Source of the DNA: Escherichia coli
GTDB lineage: Bacteria; Pseudomonadota; Gammaproteobacteria; Enterobacterales; Enterobacteriaceae
Length of the DNA: 64,000 nucleotides
Assembly (NCBI RefSeq): GCF_003790525.1
Contig: NZ_CP033636.1
Direction: 5' to 3' (one strand)
Positions 9,493 to 18,898 of the stretch are shown piece after piece. A model generated the notes under the pieces. The model was not told the origin of the DNA. It ran no database searches and saw nothing but the letters and a program-made list of their open reading frames with translations. Made by a program: the position numbers and the translations under genes. Each line of letters starts with the position of its first letter. Positions within the stretch are counted from its first letter, which is position 1.

Positions 9493-11505
9493 TTAAGAAA
9501 GTATTTGATGAACTAGCTTACTGACTTCAATAGACAATAAAGAAGTATCATCAACTGTTACGAAAGTGTCCGTTTCAAAACCAATTATTTCATCAGTCTT
9601 AATACCAACACCAACGATTTCTATTCCATTACATTTAGCCTTTTCCATAACTTCGCCGATAGTAAATTCCGATTTATTCGGATAACCATCAGTTATAAGA
9701 AAAATTATTTTCCTATCGAATTGGCTGTCAAGTAACAGATCAACAGCTGCCATTAAAGCCGATCCCGTAGGGGTATAATAACCCTTACATCCAAGAGTGA
9801 ATTTCGATAGAGATTCCTCAACGCTTTGATCAAACGTTTTGATAATCTCAAATTCACTTTCCTTGAAGGGAAAGACTATATTGGAGACATGCATTTTTGA
9901 CAAACTTTCAGCGGCCATCGATAAAGCAAGATCTGACTTAATGGCATGAATATATCTTTCATCATTAGCCATTGACGCTGAAATATCACGAACTAATACG
10001 AGGCCAACATGCCCTCTATTTTTAGATTCGCTTTGAGCTCTGAAGACATCACGAACTCCCATTGGTGACAGAATTAATCGATTTCCATCGAAGGTAATTC
10101 CACGCTCATGAGTTTTGTTTCGGCCACGCATTTTAACCTGCTGTAAAACAGACAAGTCGCTACCGATTGAATGACTCAGAGACAAAGCCTCATTGTAAAC
10201 ATTCAAATCGATAAGGAGATCAGGGATATCCCATTCAGAAGCACCGAATTCGGCTTTCACGTCATCGGATACTTTTGATGCAATACCTTCAATCTCTTCA
10301 GCCAAAGCATCGTGATAATCTTCGCTATCCTCATCACTGCCAAGAAAGGCATCCAACAAATCTGCCAGTATCTCCCATTGAGCCGATGAAAAGTTACTTT
10401 CATCTTCAACGTTAGTCGAACTGGCTTCATCTGATTCACTCTCGGAAGGGTTAATCGCATCAGTATCGTCTTCAATAATGTTATCACCTGTGGGATTGCC
10501 ACCGGTGGGTTCATTATTTCCCTCGTTATCTTCAGCAAGTTCTGAAGGCTCAGAACATCCCTCTTGAGCAAGATCAGAGTTATCGGAAGTATCTGCCTGA
10601 CCTTCACTATCGTCCTCAGAATCATCCTCACGACTATCAGTCGACTCAAGCGATTTATCTTCTGATTCGGTATCGGTATCGGTATCGGTCTCGGATTCAT
10701 CATATGCCTCCTGCTCCTCCTGCTCTGTCTGCTGCTGTTGTTCCCTTGCCTCATCCCGCAGTCTCTCTAAAAGAGCCAGGGTCTTACGAGCAAGGGATTC
10801 ACAGCCCTGAGTATTTTCACAACCAAGAGCATCATGAAAAATTTCCTCAACATCAGAAATTACTGGAGAAAGTATCTTTTGGGCATAGTCAAAAAACGGA
10901 TCGAGTGTTTCTTTGTGACCTGCCTGCTGAAGGACTTTTACTCGCAATGAGTTAAGCAGATACCACTCAATAAATAGGACAGGATTTTCCGGACGAGAAG
11001 ATATATCAGGAGTCATCCTTCCGGCTTTAACCATCAGTGCGTAAGTGGCTGCAAGCCGCCGCTTTGCATCCGGATAATCGTTACCAACCTTCTCTTCCAT
11101 CTGTACATCATCGAACAGATTTATAAGCCCGGTAAGACGTTTTGCCCTGCTATAAGCTTTACGTTTCTCAGCGAGGCTCTCAAACTCTGCATTCATTCCG
11201 TCATCGAAGCGTGTAAACCCTTCAGATGACTTGAGAACACTATTAAAGGCGTCACTGTAAACCTCGCTGTCGGTATAGCGACCATGACCAGCTTCATGAC
11301 AGGTAAAACCTTCAATCAGACTGACAAAGTCATCATCGCTATAATCGCCGTTTGGTAAAACACAAACTTTATTTACAGGATCAAAATACGGTCCTTTGGT
11401 ATTGTCGTCTATTACAACTCTTACATCGCCTAAGCCGCTAATGACTTTTGCTATATTCTGTAAACGCTTAATATGGCGCGGTGATGATTTAAGATCTAAT
11501 TTCAT
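9493..11505 (-). CDS. CobT-like protein: N-terminal domain, long acidic low-complexity linker, C-terminal von Willebrand factor A (VWA) domain
   Basis: ORF track 670 aa; C-terminal VGLVLVRDISASM (DxSxS MIDAS motif) followed by VWA-like pattern; central ~120 aa stretch extremely rich in D/E/S/T (ESETDTDTDTESEDKSLESTDSREDDSEDDSEG...), as in aerobic cobaltochelatase CobT-type proteins. Confidence 0.65.
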   Translation of the reverse strand: MKLDLKSSPRHIKRLQNIAKVISGLGDVRVVIDDNTKGPYFDPVNKVCVLPNGDYSDDDFVSLIEGFTCHEAGHGRYTDSEVYSDAFNSVLKSSEGFTRFDDGMNAEFESLAEKRKAYSRAKRLTGLINLFDDVQMEEKVGNDYPDAKRRLAATYALMVKAGRMTPDISSRPENPVLFIEWYLLNSLRVKVLQQAGHKETLDPFFDYAQKILSPVISDVEEIFHDALGCENTQGCESLARKTLALLERLRDEAREQQQQTEQEEQEAYDESETDTDTDTESEDKSLESTDSREDDSEDDSEGQADTSDNSDLAQEGCSEPSELAEDNEGNNEPTGGNPTGDNIIEDDTDAINPSESESDEASSTNVEDESNFSSAQWEILADLLDAFLGSDEDSEDYHDALAEEIEGIASKVSDDVKAEFGASEWDIPDLLIDLNVYNEALSLSHSIGSDLSVLQQVKMRGRNKTHERGITFDGNRLILSPMGVRDVFRAQSESKNRGHVGLVLVRDISASMANDERYIHAIKSDLALSMAAESLSKMHVSNIVFPFKESEFEIIKTFDQSVEESLSKFTLGCKGYYTPTGSALMAAVDLLLDSQFDRKIIFLITDGYPNKSEFTIGEVMEKAKCNGIEIVGVGIKTDEIIGFETDTFVTVDDTSLLSIEVSKLVHQILS

Positions 11506-11520
11506 AGAATACCTCTTTAT

Positions 11521-11567
11521 AAAAAAGGGGTACTCACCCAGATGGTGAAGTACCCATCTGGGGTTTT
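11521..11567 (-). terminator. intergenic compound GC hairpin (putative terminator/attenuator)
   Basis: GGGTACTCACC / GGTGAAGTACCC and CCCAGATGG / CCATCTGGG inverted repeats; A6 on plus strand = U6 after hairpin on minus transcript, just upstream of next RBS. Confidence 0.4.
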
Positions 11568-11582
11568 TAATAAAGCAAACAG

Positions 11583-12710
11583 TTACCAGCCTTTGAGCTC
11601 GATATCAAAACCATTTTCAACATTGTCTTCCTGTTGCGAAACTGATTTCTCAGGTTCAGCTACAGGATCAGTGTTTGAAAACGTGCTGTTATTTATATCG
11701 TTCTCTACGACAGGTTCAACCTGGAACACATTTGTTGAATCTAAAATAGCTTCAATACCTGTGTTCTGTAGCGCGTTCGGTTCTGTTTGTGAGCTTTGAT
11801 TAAATGATCTGGTAATAGATTCCAACCAGTCAGTAACCTTTTGCTCTCCTGAAATAATACGCTTTAACATTGAAGCATCACTCATGAAATAAAACCACTG
11901 CTGTAACACCGCAACGTCGCGAGGTTCAGAAATGGCACCTTTAGGTAAATTATTCATTATGTGTTTTATAGCTTCTGCAAGTACTGCCGCCTCTTTATGT
12001 ATAAACATGAAGCTAATGATCTTATTTTGCATTTGCTTCAGTCGGTCAATAGTACTTGAGCGCAAATTGTTATTTTTGCTAATTTTTTCATAAACCTTCA
12101 TTGCTTCTTCTGCCAGATCTGTTATCAATTGTTCCTGATAGTAGTCCTGGGTTTCATCACCTTCAACGCTAATAGGCGTAAAAGGAATAAAGTGAGCAAT
12201 ATTAAATCTAAAGGATTTTATGAAATCATCTTTAGTTAATTTCAACTGATCAATCAAAGAAGACATTCTTGGGCTTCTATTTTTTTCAGCCTCAATATGC
12301 ATCTCATAATTGTCTACAACGTTTTGAATACCTGCCTGAAACTCTCGTTCAATCTCTTGGGCCCCTTCCAGAAACTCTTCCATACTGGATACTGGTAAAA
12401 TCCACATATTGCTATAGCGGATGCACAAGCGTGAGCAAAGAGTTGATATTCTGCTGGTAATCGTACTTTTGAAGCTAAGGGCTTTTATGTCAATCCAGCG
12501 TACTTCGCTTTTAGATACGCTTTTTTGATCCGTAATATCATCTCCATCATAAGACAAATCGATTTTATCGGTTCGACGCGATCCTTGACAGCCACTTATT
12601 TCAATTTTTGTTATAACTGCACCTTCCAGTAAATCTGGATATGATTTTGCAAAATTCTCAGAGATTTGTTTTGCAGATACTTTGTTAAGCATTGAAGTAT
12701 TTAAAGTCAT
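11583..12710 (-). CDS. hypothetical protein (~375 aa)
   Basis: ORF track gives 11583-12722, but the codon at 12722-12720 is TTG; the ATG at 12710-12708 with GGAG 7 nt upstream is a more plausible start. No motif recognised. Confidence 0.5.
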   Translation of the reverse strand: MTLNTSMLNKVSAKQISENFAKSYPDLLEGAVITKIEISGCQGSRRTDKIDLSYDGDDITDQKSVSKSEVRWIDIKALSFKSTITSRISTLCSRLCIRYSNMWILPVSSMEEFLEGAQEIEREFQAGIQNVVDNYEMHIEAEKNRSPRMSSLIDQLKLTKDDFIKSFRFNIAHFIPFTPISVEGDETQDYYQEQLITDLAEEAMKVYEKISKNNNLRSSTIDRLKQMQNKIISFMFIHKEAAVLAEAIKHIMNNLPKGAISEPRDVAVLQQWFYFMSDASMLKRIISGEQKVTDWLESITRSFNQSSQTEPNALQNTGIEAILDSTNVFQVEPVVENDINNSTFSNTDPVAEPEKSVSQQEDNVENGFDIELKGW

Positions 12711-12720
12711 GGGTTTCTCC

Positions 12721-12770
12721 AAAAAAAAGGGGAAACCCTCCCCAACGGGAAAGATTTCCCGATAGGGTTG
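12721..12770 (-). terminator. intergenic compound GC hairpin (putative intrinsic terminator)
   Basis: GGGGAAACCCTCCCC and CGGGAAAGATTTCCCG hairpins; A8 on plus strand = U8 following hairpin on minus transcript. Confidence 0.45.
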
Positions 12771-13078
12771 ATATTAAAGCTTCTCTGGTGAAATTAAAAG
12801 AATACCGGGAAACTCAGCAACAACATCATCATTGCCCATTGCTCCCTGATACATATAACCTTTTAATTCCATTTGTTTAATCAGACCTTCCATATTTATT
12901 TTACCATCATGATAAAACAATAAAGAATAGTCGTTATTCAGTTGCATAAGTCCAGTAAAATTAGTTCCGTTTTTTGCTATAGCAATGGTAGCAGCACCAT
13001 CCGTACTTAAAAACGCACTAAATTCAAGATGGGATAACTCTGAGATACAAATATCAGAGGTTTCATAACAAATCCCAT

Positions 13079-14137
13079 CTAACTCGACTTTTTTGCTGTG
13101 AAATACTCCAGCGATTTATCCTTGTCTTCGCCAAGAGAAAGATCTATAGCTTGAAGAACAAGATCGACCACATGTAAAGGTAAAGCAGAAGCAAAAGCTA
13201 TTTTGAAAGTGTCAAGAAGACTAAAGGTTTTTAACGTCATCGACGTGCCAACCCAAGCTACTAATTGACGAATATCCATCACACTGTCTTCTGTACCAGA
13301 GTCATTTACTGCAATCGCTACTCTTACGAACTTCTCAATGACCTGAAAAGGCAAAGAGCTATATCGTTTAGTAAGCACATTGGTTAAAGCAACTTTGTCG
13401 GGCTTCTCCATTTCAACTATCAAGAACCGCTTTATAAAAGCTGCATCTTGACGTTGAGAAGAAACGAACCGGCGAGCGCCTCCACTCATGTTTGTGTTTG
13501 CAGTACCAATAAATCGCGTGTAGCCATTAGCAGTTATAACCTCACCACCATTAGCACTGAGTGACCAGGGCTTACGTTCAATGGGCATGTGAAGTTTTGC
13601 TGCCGTATCAGGATCGATTTTGTCCACTTCATCCAGAAGAATGAGGTGACCATTACGAAATCCCGTTACCAAATCGCTGTGTACAAAACCTGTATTACCA
13701 CCATTAAGACTGCGCTCACCTTCAAGCTCATCAACTCGAATATTGCTGTTGATCTGCTTAATTGTCAGCGGCCAATTCATCATGTGGCTAATGTACATTA
13801 CCATTTCAGTCTTGCCAGAACCGGACTCACCTTTAAGACACACACTTAAATCTATATCCGGACTGATAAGCAGTTTAACCACTTGTTCAAGTATTCGGGG
13901 ATTTGGTATGTAGTCTTTGTTCAGCGGAGCTCGATACGAGGTTTTAGTTTTGAAAACAGGCACAGCCATCTTTGGATCCATTTCTGGAATACCAAAAAGG
14001 TCCTTTGCTAGAACTAAAAGATACTCACCTTTATCCACATAATGTTTTAACTTTATAACATCCGGGGAAAGAAGAGCTTCTAATTTTTCATAAGCATCAG
14101 AAGATGTTTCATTTAACTTCATAGCGGCATTAGACAT
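13079..14137 (-). CDS. AAA+ ATPase, MoxR/CobS-like
   Basis: ORF track 352 aa; Walker A GESGSGKTE, Walker B hhhhDE (LILLDEVDK), size and motif spacing as in CobS/MoxR-class ATPases; encoded in the same operon as the CobT-like VWA protein. Confidence 0.7.
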   Translation of the reverse strand: MSNAAMKLNETSSDAYEKLEALLSPDVIKLKHYVDKGEYLLVLAKDLFGIPEMDPKMAVPVFKTKTSYRAPLNKDYIPNPRILEQVVKLLISPDIDLSVCLKGESGSGKTEMVMYISHMMNWPLTIKQINSNIRVDELEGERSLNGGNTGFVHSDLVTGFRNGHLILLDEVDKIDPDTAAKLHMPIERKPWSLSANGGEVITANGYTRFIGTANTNMSGGARRFVSSQRQDAAFIKRFLIVEMEKPDKVALTNVLTKRYSSLPFQVIEKFVRVAIAVNDSGTEDSVMDIRQLVAWVGTSMTLKTFSLLDTFKIAFASALPLHVVDLVLQAIDLSLGEDKDKSLEYFTAKKSS

Positions 14138-14194
14138 TTTTAACTCCGGTAAAATGCAAACACCGCCCTCTGGCAGATGTTTGCCAGTGGCATT

Positions 14195-15172
14195 TTATTT
14201 GAGATTCATTTGGCAAATAGTTGCCATCAGTTTCCTGATTTGAGGCACATTATAACCAAGATGATTTCCCACTATTTCAAAAGCTTCAGACATGATCCAT
14301 TCAAAATGATTTTCGAATATTGGATTGATTTCTAACTTGCCAAAAGCGTTTCGTTTAGTTAACAGATCACATGAAACAAGCTCGTCAAACAACTCTAATG
14401 TGGATTTAAAAGCTTTTATGTAAACATCCATAATTTCCCTGTCAGTCCATTTAACAGCCAGTTTTTTTTCTGACATTAAATAATCCTGATCAAAGAAGAT
14501 GTCCCAGCCCATATCGTCATTGCAATCATGCAAAATGATTTCATCATCATTCCTGCATTCAGCTAATTTCGTGTTTTCACTAATCGAACGATGCGAATGA
14601 TAATAGAGCCATGATTTTAATTCCGCTCTAAATTCACATGCATCAAGTCCATGACATAAACAAGTGTATTCAAATGATTTTGACATATACCACCGTGTTT
14701 CAGCTTCTAAAAGTGGATTCACTGTGATATTACCATTGTCATCTTTGAAGAATAACTTTCTCCTCAACACTAGTTCTTTAATGATTTCCAAAGACTCTTC
14801 CATAGCGGATAGAAAAACAACATACACATCCTCAGGGGTCCATTCTATTACCAGACCACCCAAATCTGGGTTATATTCTTCAACCGTATATAGATAATCT
14901 GTTTCTGCTGCAAAATTAATTGTATGCAAAATCTGATTTTTAAGTAATTTGGATTTTTCATAAAGGTGATTTTCACGCCTTTCAGAATCATAATTTATCT
15001 CAGAAATGTTACTTTCTTCTGATTTAAAGTTTAATCCGGACGTGTAAGCATCATTTAAATGCTCTTTGGGTGAATCAACTATTTGCGTTATTTCATCTTC
15101 ATCTATATCGAGTATAGAAAAAAAACTAAGTTGATTACTACTTATTGCAGTAGCCCTAAATTTTTGTTTCAT
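14195..15172 (-). CDS. hypothetical protein (325 aa)
   Basis: ORF track; no motif recognised. Confidence 0.5.
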   Translation of the reverse strand: MKQKFRATAISSNQLSFFSILDIDEDEITQIVDSPKEHLNDAYTSGLNFKSEESNISEINYDSERRENHLYEKSKLLKNQILHTINFAAETDYLYTVEEYNPDLGGLVIEWTPEDVYVVFLSAMEESLEIIKELVLRRKLFFKDDNGNITVNPLLEAETRWYMSKSFEYTCLCHGLDACEFRAELKSWLYYHSHRSISENTKLAECRNDDEIILHDCNDDMGWDIFFDQDYLMSEKKLAVKWTDREIMDVYIKAFKSTLELFDELVSCDLLTKRNAFGKLEINPIFENHFEWIMSEAFEIVGNHLGYNVPQIRKLMATICQMNLK

Positions 15173-15180
15173 GGGGACTC

Positions 15181-15225
15181 CAAAAGGAGAAATCCCATGA
15201 AGGGATTTCTCCCCTTTAGGGTGGG
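15181..15225 (-). terminator. intergenic compound GC hairpin (putative terminator/attenuator)
   Basis: GGAGAAATCCC-ATGAA-GGGATTTCTCC perfect inverted repeat between 14195-15172 and 15233-15610. Confidence 0.4.
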
Positions 15226-15232
15226 TTTAATG

Positions 15233-15610
15233 TCAGATCTGATTAAAGCTACTTTGTCCAAAACCTTTTAGAGGTTTAGGTATGTGAGCCAACTTACTTG
15301 TTGCTACCACTCTCATGTAGTCAAGAGGATGTTCTCTCCCTTCAATCATAATAGTATCGACAACAATATAACCGGAGACCATCAACTCATCACCCTGATT
15401 TATACCAGTGAAACAGGTTGAATACATTTCAGGCGACACCTTGATTTGAACTGAAAATTCTCTCTCAGTGATTTCACCATCAACTTCTGTCTTCATCCTA
15501 TTTTTGAGCTTTATTAACAAACCTATACTCTGGTCAGTCATTTTTTTCTCCACAGCACTGATAACTATCCCGGACACTTTTACTTCATTGATATATTCAA
15601 GATATGACAT
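15233..15610 (-). CDS. hypothetical protein (125 aa)
   Basis: ORF track; beta-rich pattern loosely reminiscent of OB-fold proteins but not assignable. Confidence 0.45.
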   Translation of the reverse strand: MSYLEYINEVKVSGIVISAVEKKMTDQSIGLLIKLKNRMKTEVDGEITEREFSVQIKVSPEMYSTCFTGINQGDELMVSGYIVVDTIMIEGREHPLDYMRVVATSKLAHIPKPLKGFGQSSFNQI

Positions 15611-15667
15611 TTTCCGCTCCTCGATTTGTTCAAAGAGAAGCCCCGTTAGGGTTCCCCCTTAACAGGA

Positions 15668-16540
15668 TTAAATAAATTTATTAGTTACATACATGAACGT
15701 GCAGACTACCAAACAGGCAATTCCGGCAATATGTAACCAATTTCTTGTTGGTTTAGTTGGTGCAATCGCTAAAGAGTTCTCCAACTTCTCTGTTACAAGA
15801 CGTCGATTCTCTGCTTTAGCCGCATCATCTAAATATTGAGTTTCACGCTTAGCGAGAGTCTCAATTTTCGATTTTATTGCATGGTCCCATCCTTTAGTTT
15901 CAAAAACGCTTAACTCACTAAAGGTGTGCGTCATGAGATCTTCTGGGAAACCCAGTTTTTTCATTAACGGACGAATGGTATCATACATTTTTTCTACATT
16001 TTCGTAGTGGGCCTTTACTGCGACATCAAAACGCTTACGTAAAGTTAATTTTTCACGTTTGCAAATGATGTCCGAAACCCAATTTATTAACTGCTCATTT
16101 TTGAGTTCACTGGCTTTTTCAAGTGAGTAATCCAGATTATCCACGTCAAGAAATGAATTTAATCCGTATTTTTCAAACTCCTCAACAAGATATTTATCCA
16201 GTTCAGTTAAGCTTTTAAAAAGTGGTACATCTGGGGAAGCTTTAAGAAGCTTATAAGCTCCTTCGAAATCAATTTTCTTGACCACGAGCTCCACAACATC
16301 CACATGATAATAGCTTGAATAAGCAGAAAGCTTTTCGGCCAACAAAGACACAGGCTTAAGAGACTTAAGTTCAATGATATTTGGGCCGTCCTCATTCAAA
16401 ATAACAATCAGTTCATTATCACGTTCTGTATATTTCATCAGAACTTCTAAGAGCTGTTTGTTTAGCGCCTTATCCATCTCTGGAATAATTTCACTAAAGG
16501 TTTGATGAAGGGCTTTACTGCGAGCTTTATTTTTAGACAT
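15668..16540 (-). CDS. hypothetical protein with C-terminal transmembrane anchor
   Basis: ORF track 290 aa; single hydrophobic helix at extreme C-terminus (WLHIAGIACLVVCTFMYV); first gene of the long minus-strand string. Confidence 0.5.
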   Translation of the reverse strand: MSKNKARSKALHQTFSEIIPEMDKALNKQLLEVLMKYTERDNELIVILNEDGPNIIELKSLKPVSLLAEKLSAYSSYYHVDVVELVVKKIDFEGAYKLLKASPDVPLFKSLTELDKYLVEEFEKYGLNSFLDVDNLDYSLEKASELKNEQLINWVSDIICKREKLTLRKRFDVAVKAHYENVEKMYDTIRPLMKKLGFPEDLMTHTFSELSVFETKGWDHAIKSKIETLAKRETQYLDDAAKAENRRLVTEKLENSLAIAPTKPTRNWLHIAGIACLVVCTFMYVTNKFI

Positions 16541-16934
16541 TTGGGGTCACCTATATATAGTAAGAAGGAAGAAACAATTTTTTGTTTCAACACGAAGGCA
16601 AAGCCTGTCATTCATCTCCCGTAAGCTATGAACCGCCTGATTTATACTATCTGGCATTAGAAGTACGCAACAAAAATAGCTCCAGGAGGAGCTAAATTAG
16701 TTACGGTTTGGTAAATTCAGATTGCCTTTTTCAGGCATGGGAAGTGCACCAGCGACAAAGGTGACATTTTGCCGGTGGTGTCTTACAGCTTGTTTAAGCT
16801 GGCCGCTTTTCACGGCTAAATCAACGCTTAACGCGAAAGTAACTTTAAGCAAAGTTACTCAAATTTGGGAGCTGATATTTAAGCTCATTGTTTTTATACT
16901 ATAGCTTTAAGCATAAGTAAATGCCCATATCGAA

Positions 16935-18719
16935 TTATTCTGTATAAACTGGAGAAATTCGAATATTAGCTGCTTCTTTTATCTTTTCTTCACTGCATTC
17001 TCTTAAAAAGAAAGAAGGGTCACCATACCACATTACAAAAAGTTGCTTTTCTGCACGCGTAAATCCAACATAAAGCAAACGTCTTTCTTCTTCTATTGCC
17101 TCCTCCCCAACTGATCTTTTACTTGGTATCTGATCCGCATTACAACTCATTATTATTACTTTATTCCACTCAAGACCCTTTGAACCATGCAAGGTTGATA
17201 GGACTACTTTCTCTGGGCTGTATTCCTCGTCCTTCTTCCTAGGGCCTAATGACATTGCAGCAGCACGATTGATCATATTCATCCAACCAGTCTTTTCTGC
17301 CCACTGTTTACAAGTGTCTAAAGCAATTTTTGTTAAGGTTGCTGTACCTTTATTACTCCTCATCTTGATTGACGACGATTCCATCCATTTCGTAAGGTTG
17401 GCGAAACGTTTTGCTATCTCAACTTTATCAGTACTTTCCTGGGTAAAGCGCACGAAGTTTGAATGTAATGTTTTTGTTTCGAGAGAACTGTCCTCCGGGA
17501 TGGCAAGGTCGCCAAAAGTAACTTTTCTTCCTCTCATACTCAATGCCACATCATCCAAAACTGATTCCTGTTCTCCAAACAATGCCAATACTCTCTTCAT
17601 TAAGCGAGGATCATTTGATTGTCGGAAAAAGGCCATAAGGCTTAACACATCGCTTGTTTCTTTTTCATCCCAGAATGATTTACCTCCGTAACGAATTACT
17701 GGCTGTTCGATCAAACTTTCTAGCTCATCCAAGTGAGCATTATTGCGGCTTAGAATTGCCCATCCATGTGGATCCTGATTTATAAGGCTTAAAATACCCT
17801 GTATCTGTTCCTCCATATCTACATATGAACGAAAAGTGACCTTTCCTCCTCCCTTTTTTGCCGAGCGTAACTCTTTGGCATAACGGTAAACATTCTTTCC
17901 TATCAGTGCTCCGGCCACCTCTAAAATTTCAGGTTCACACCTAAAGCATGTGTTTAAGTAAAATATGTTAGGTCTGAAGTGTTTTTCAAACTGTTGAAAT
18001 ATTTTGACTCCTCCTGAGGATCTGAAGGAGTAGATGGCCTGATCATCGTCTCCAACTATACTCGTATAGACTCCAGCTCTTGTATGCAATGCTATCCATG
18101 AGAATTGTATAGAGTCAGTATCCTGAACTTCGTCTACTATCAAATGTGTCAAATCTAACGTGCGCATTTTTCCCGAATGCATTTGACCGACAACAAATTT
18201 TGAAAGAGCATTGAGGTCCGCCACATGGTCTTTCTGGCATAACGCCTGATAGGTATTAAATAAATGGATCTGTTGTCTGTTATGCCGAACTGAAATCACA
18301 TCCGTATCCATTTCTCTGCCGATAGCATCAATAACGAATTCAGCTTCAGCAAACTTCATCGTTACACCGGATTCTTTCAAAGCCCGGTGAATGACAGATC
18401 TCTGTGCTGGCCCTATCAACATCTTTCCCGGCCAGCGAATCATGTCCAGTTGCTTCTTAACGAGTCCGTGAAAAGTATCCACCAGCACCCGGTCAAGATC
18501 CTTCTTGCTCAATCGCTTTTGTAACTTTGCTGCAAGTGCGTTTGTTGCAGCGCGAGTAAAGGTCACCATCCCGATTCTTGCATATGGATACTTTTTGAGA
18601 ATCGATATAACCGCTTCTATCATGGTGAATGATTTGCCTGATCCAGGCGCTGCTATCACCATATTGTTTGCGCTAGCATTCTCGATAACAGGTCTTTGCT
18701 CTTCTGTTGGCTTACCCAT
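16935..18719 (-). CDS. UvrD/Rep-family (SF1) DNA helicase
   Basis: ORF track 594 aa; N-terminal Walker A AAPGSGKSFT, VTFTRAA motif, C-terminal GSKGLEW and YVGFTRAEKQLFV motifs characteristic of UvrD-like helicases. Confidence 0.75.
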   Translation of the reverse strand: MGKPTEEQRPVIENASANNMVIAAPGSGKSFTMIEAVISILKKYPYARIGMVTFTRAATNALAAKLQKRLSKKDLDRVLVDTFHGLVKKQLDMIRWPGKMLIGPAQRSVIHRALKESGVTMKFAEAEFVIDAIGREMDTDVISVRHNRQQIHLFNTYQALCQKDHVADLNALSKFVVGQMHSGKMRTLDLTHLIVDEVQDTDSIQFSWIALHTRAGVYTSIVGDDDQAIYSFRSSGGVKIFQQFEKHFRPNIFYLNTCFRCEPEILEVAGALIGKNVYRYAKELRSAKKGGGKVTFRSYVDMEEQIQGILSLINQDPHGWAILSRNNAHLDELESLIEQPVIRYGGKSFWDEKETSDVLSLMAFFRQSNDPRLMKRVLALFGEQESVLDDVALSMRGRKVTFGDLAIPEDSSLETKTLHSNFVRFTQESTDKVEIAKRFANLTKWMESSSIKMRSNKGTATLTKIALDTCKQWAEKTGWMNMINRAAAMSLGPRKKDEEYSPEKVVLSTLHGSKGLEWNKVIIMSCNADQIPSKRSVGEEAIEEERRLLYVGFTRAEKQLFVMWYGDPSFFLRECSEEKIKEAANIRISPVYTE

Positions 18720-18898
18720 TTCAACCTCATTACTTCGTTTTAATAATTATACATTTTTATAAAAGCGCTTTTCTTGTGTACTGCTGGTTCTACTGGAAAT
18801 CACTTTTTTTCCTTTTTTATGCAATCAGGTTGTTTGTGAAACGCGTGACTATGGAATAATGGTTCCATCTCCAAAAGACATTACAAAAAGGGCTTTAA

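Noticed and set aside
10257-10955. ORFs 10257-10754 (-) and 10704-10955 (+) inside the CobT-like gene
   Set aside because: Alternative-frame and antisense ORFs generated by the repetitive acidic-linker sequence; fully contained in a better-supported gene.
12692-12880. 62-aa plus-strand ORF in the gap upstream of the AAA+ gene
   Set aside because: Opposite strand to the whole operon and overlaps a terminator-like hairpin; the minus-strand frame in this gap is a better candidate and is reported as a finding.
16541-16934. Possible oriT or small RNA in the 394-bp spacer between the helicase and the long operon (short inverted repeats AGCTCC..GGAGCT at about 16677 and AGTAACTTT..AAAGTTACT at about 16838)
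   Set aside because: Repeats are short and no relaxase gene or nick-site-like motif is evident; more likely a promoter region. Not supportable as a feature.
17269-17691. 140-aa plus-strand ORF antisense to the helicase gene
   Set aside because: Embedded in the helicase coding region, which carries clear motifs on the other strand.
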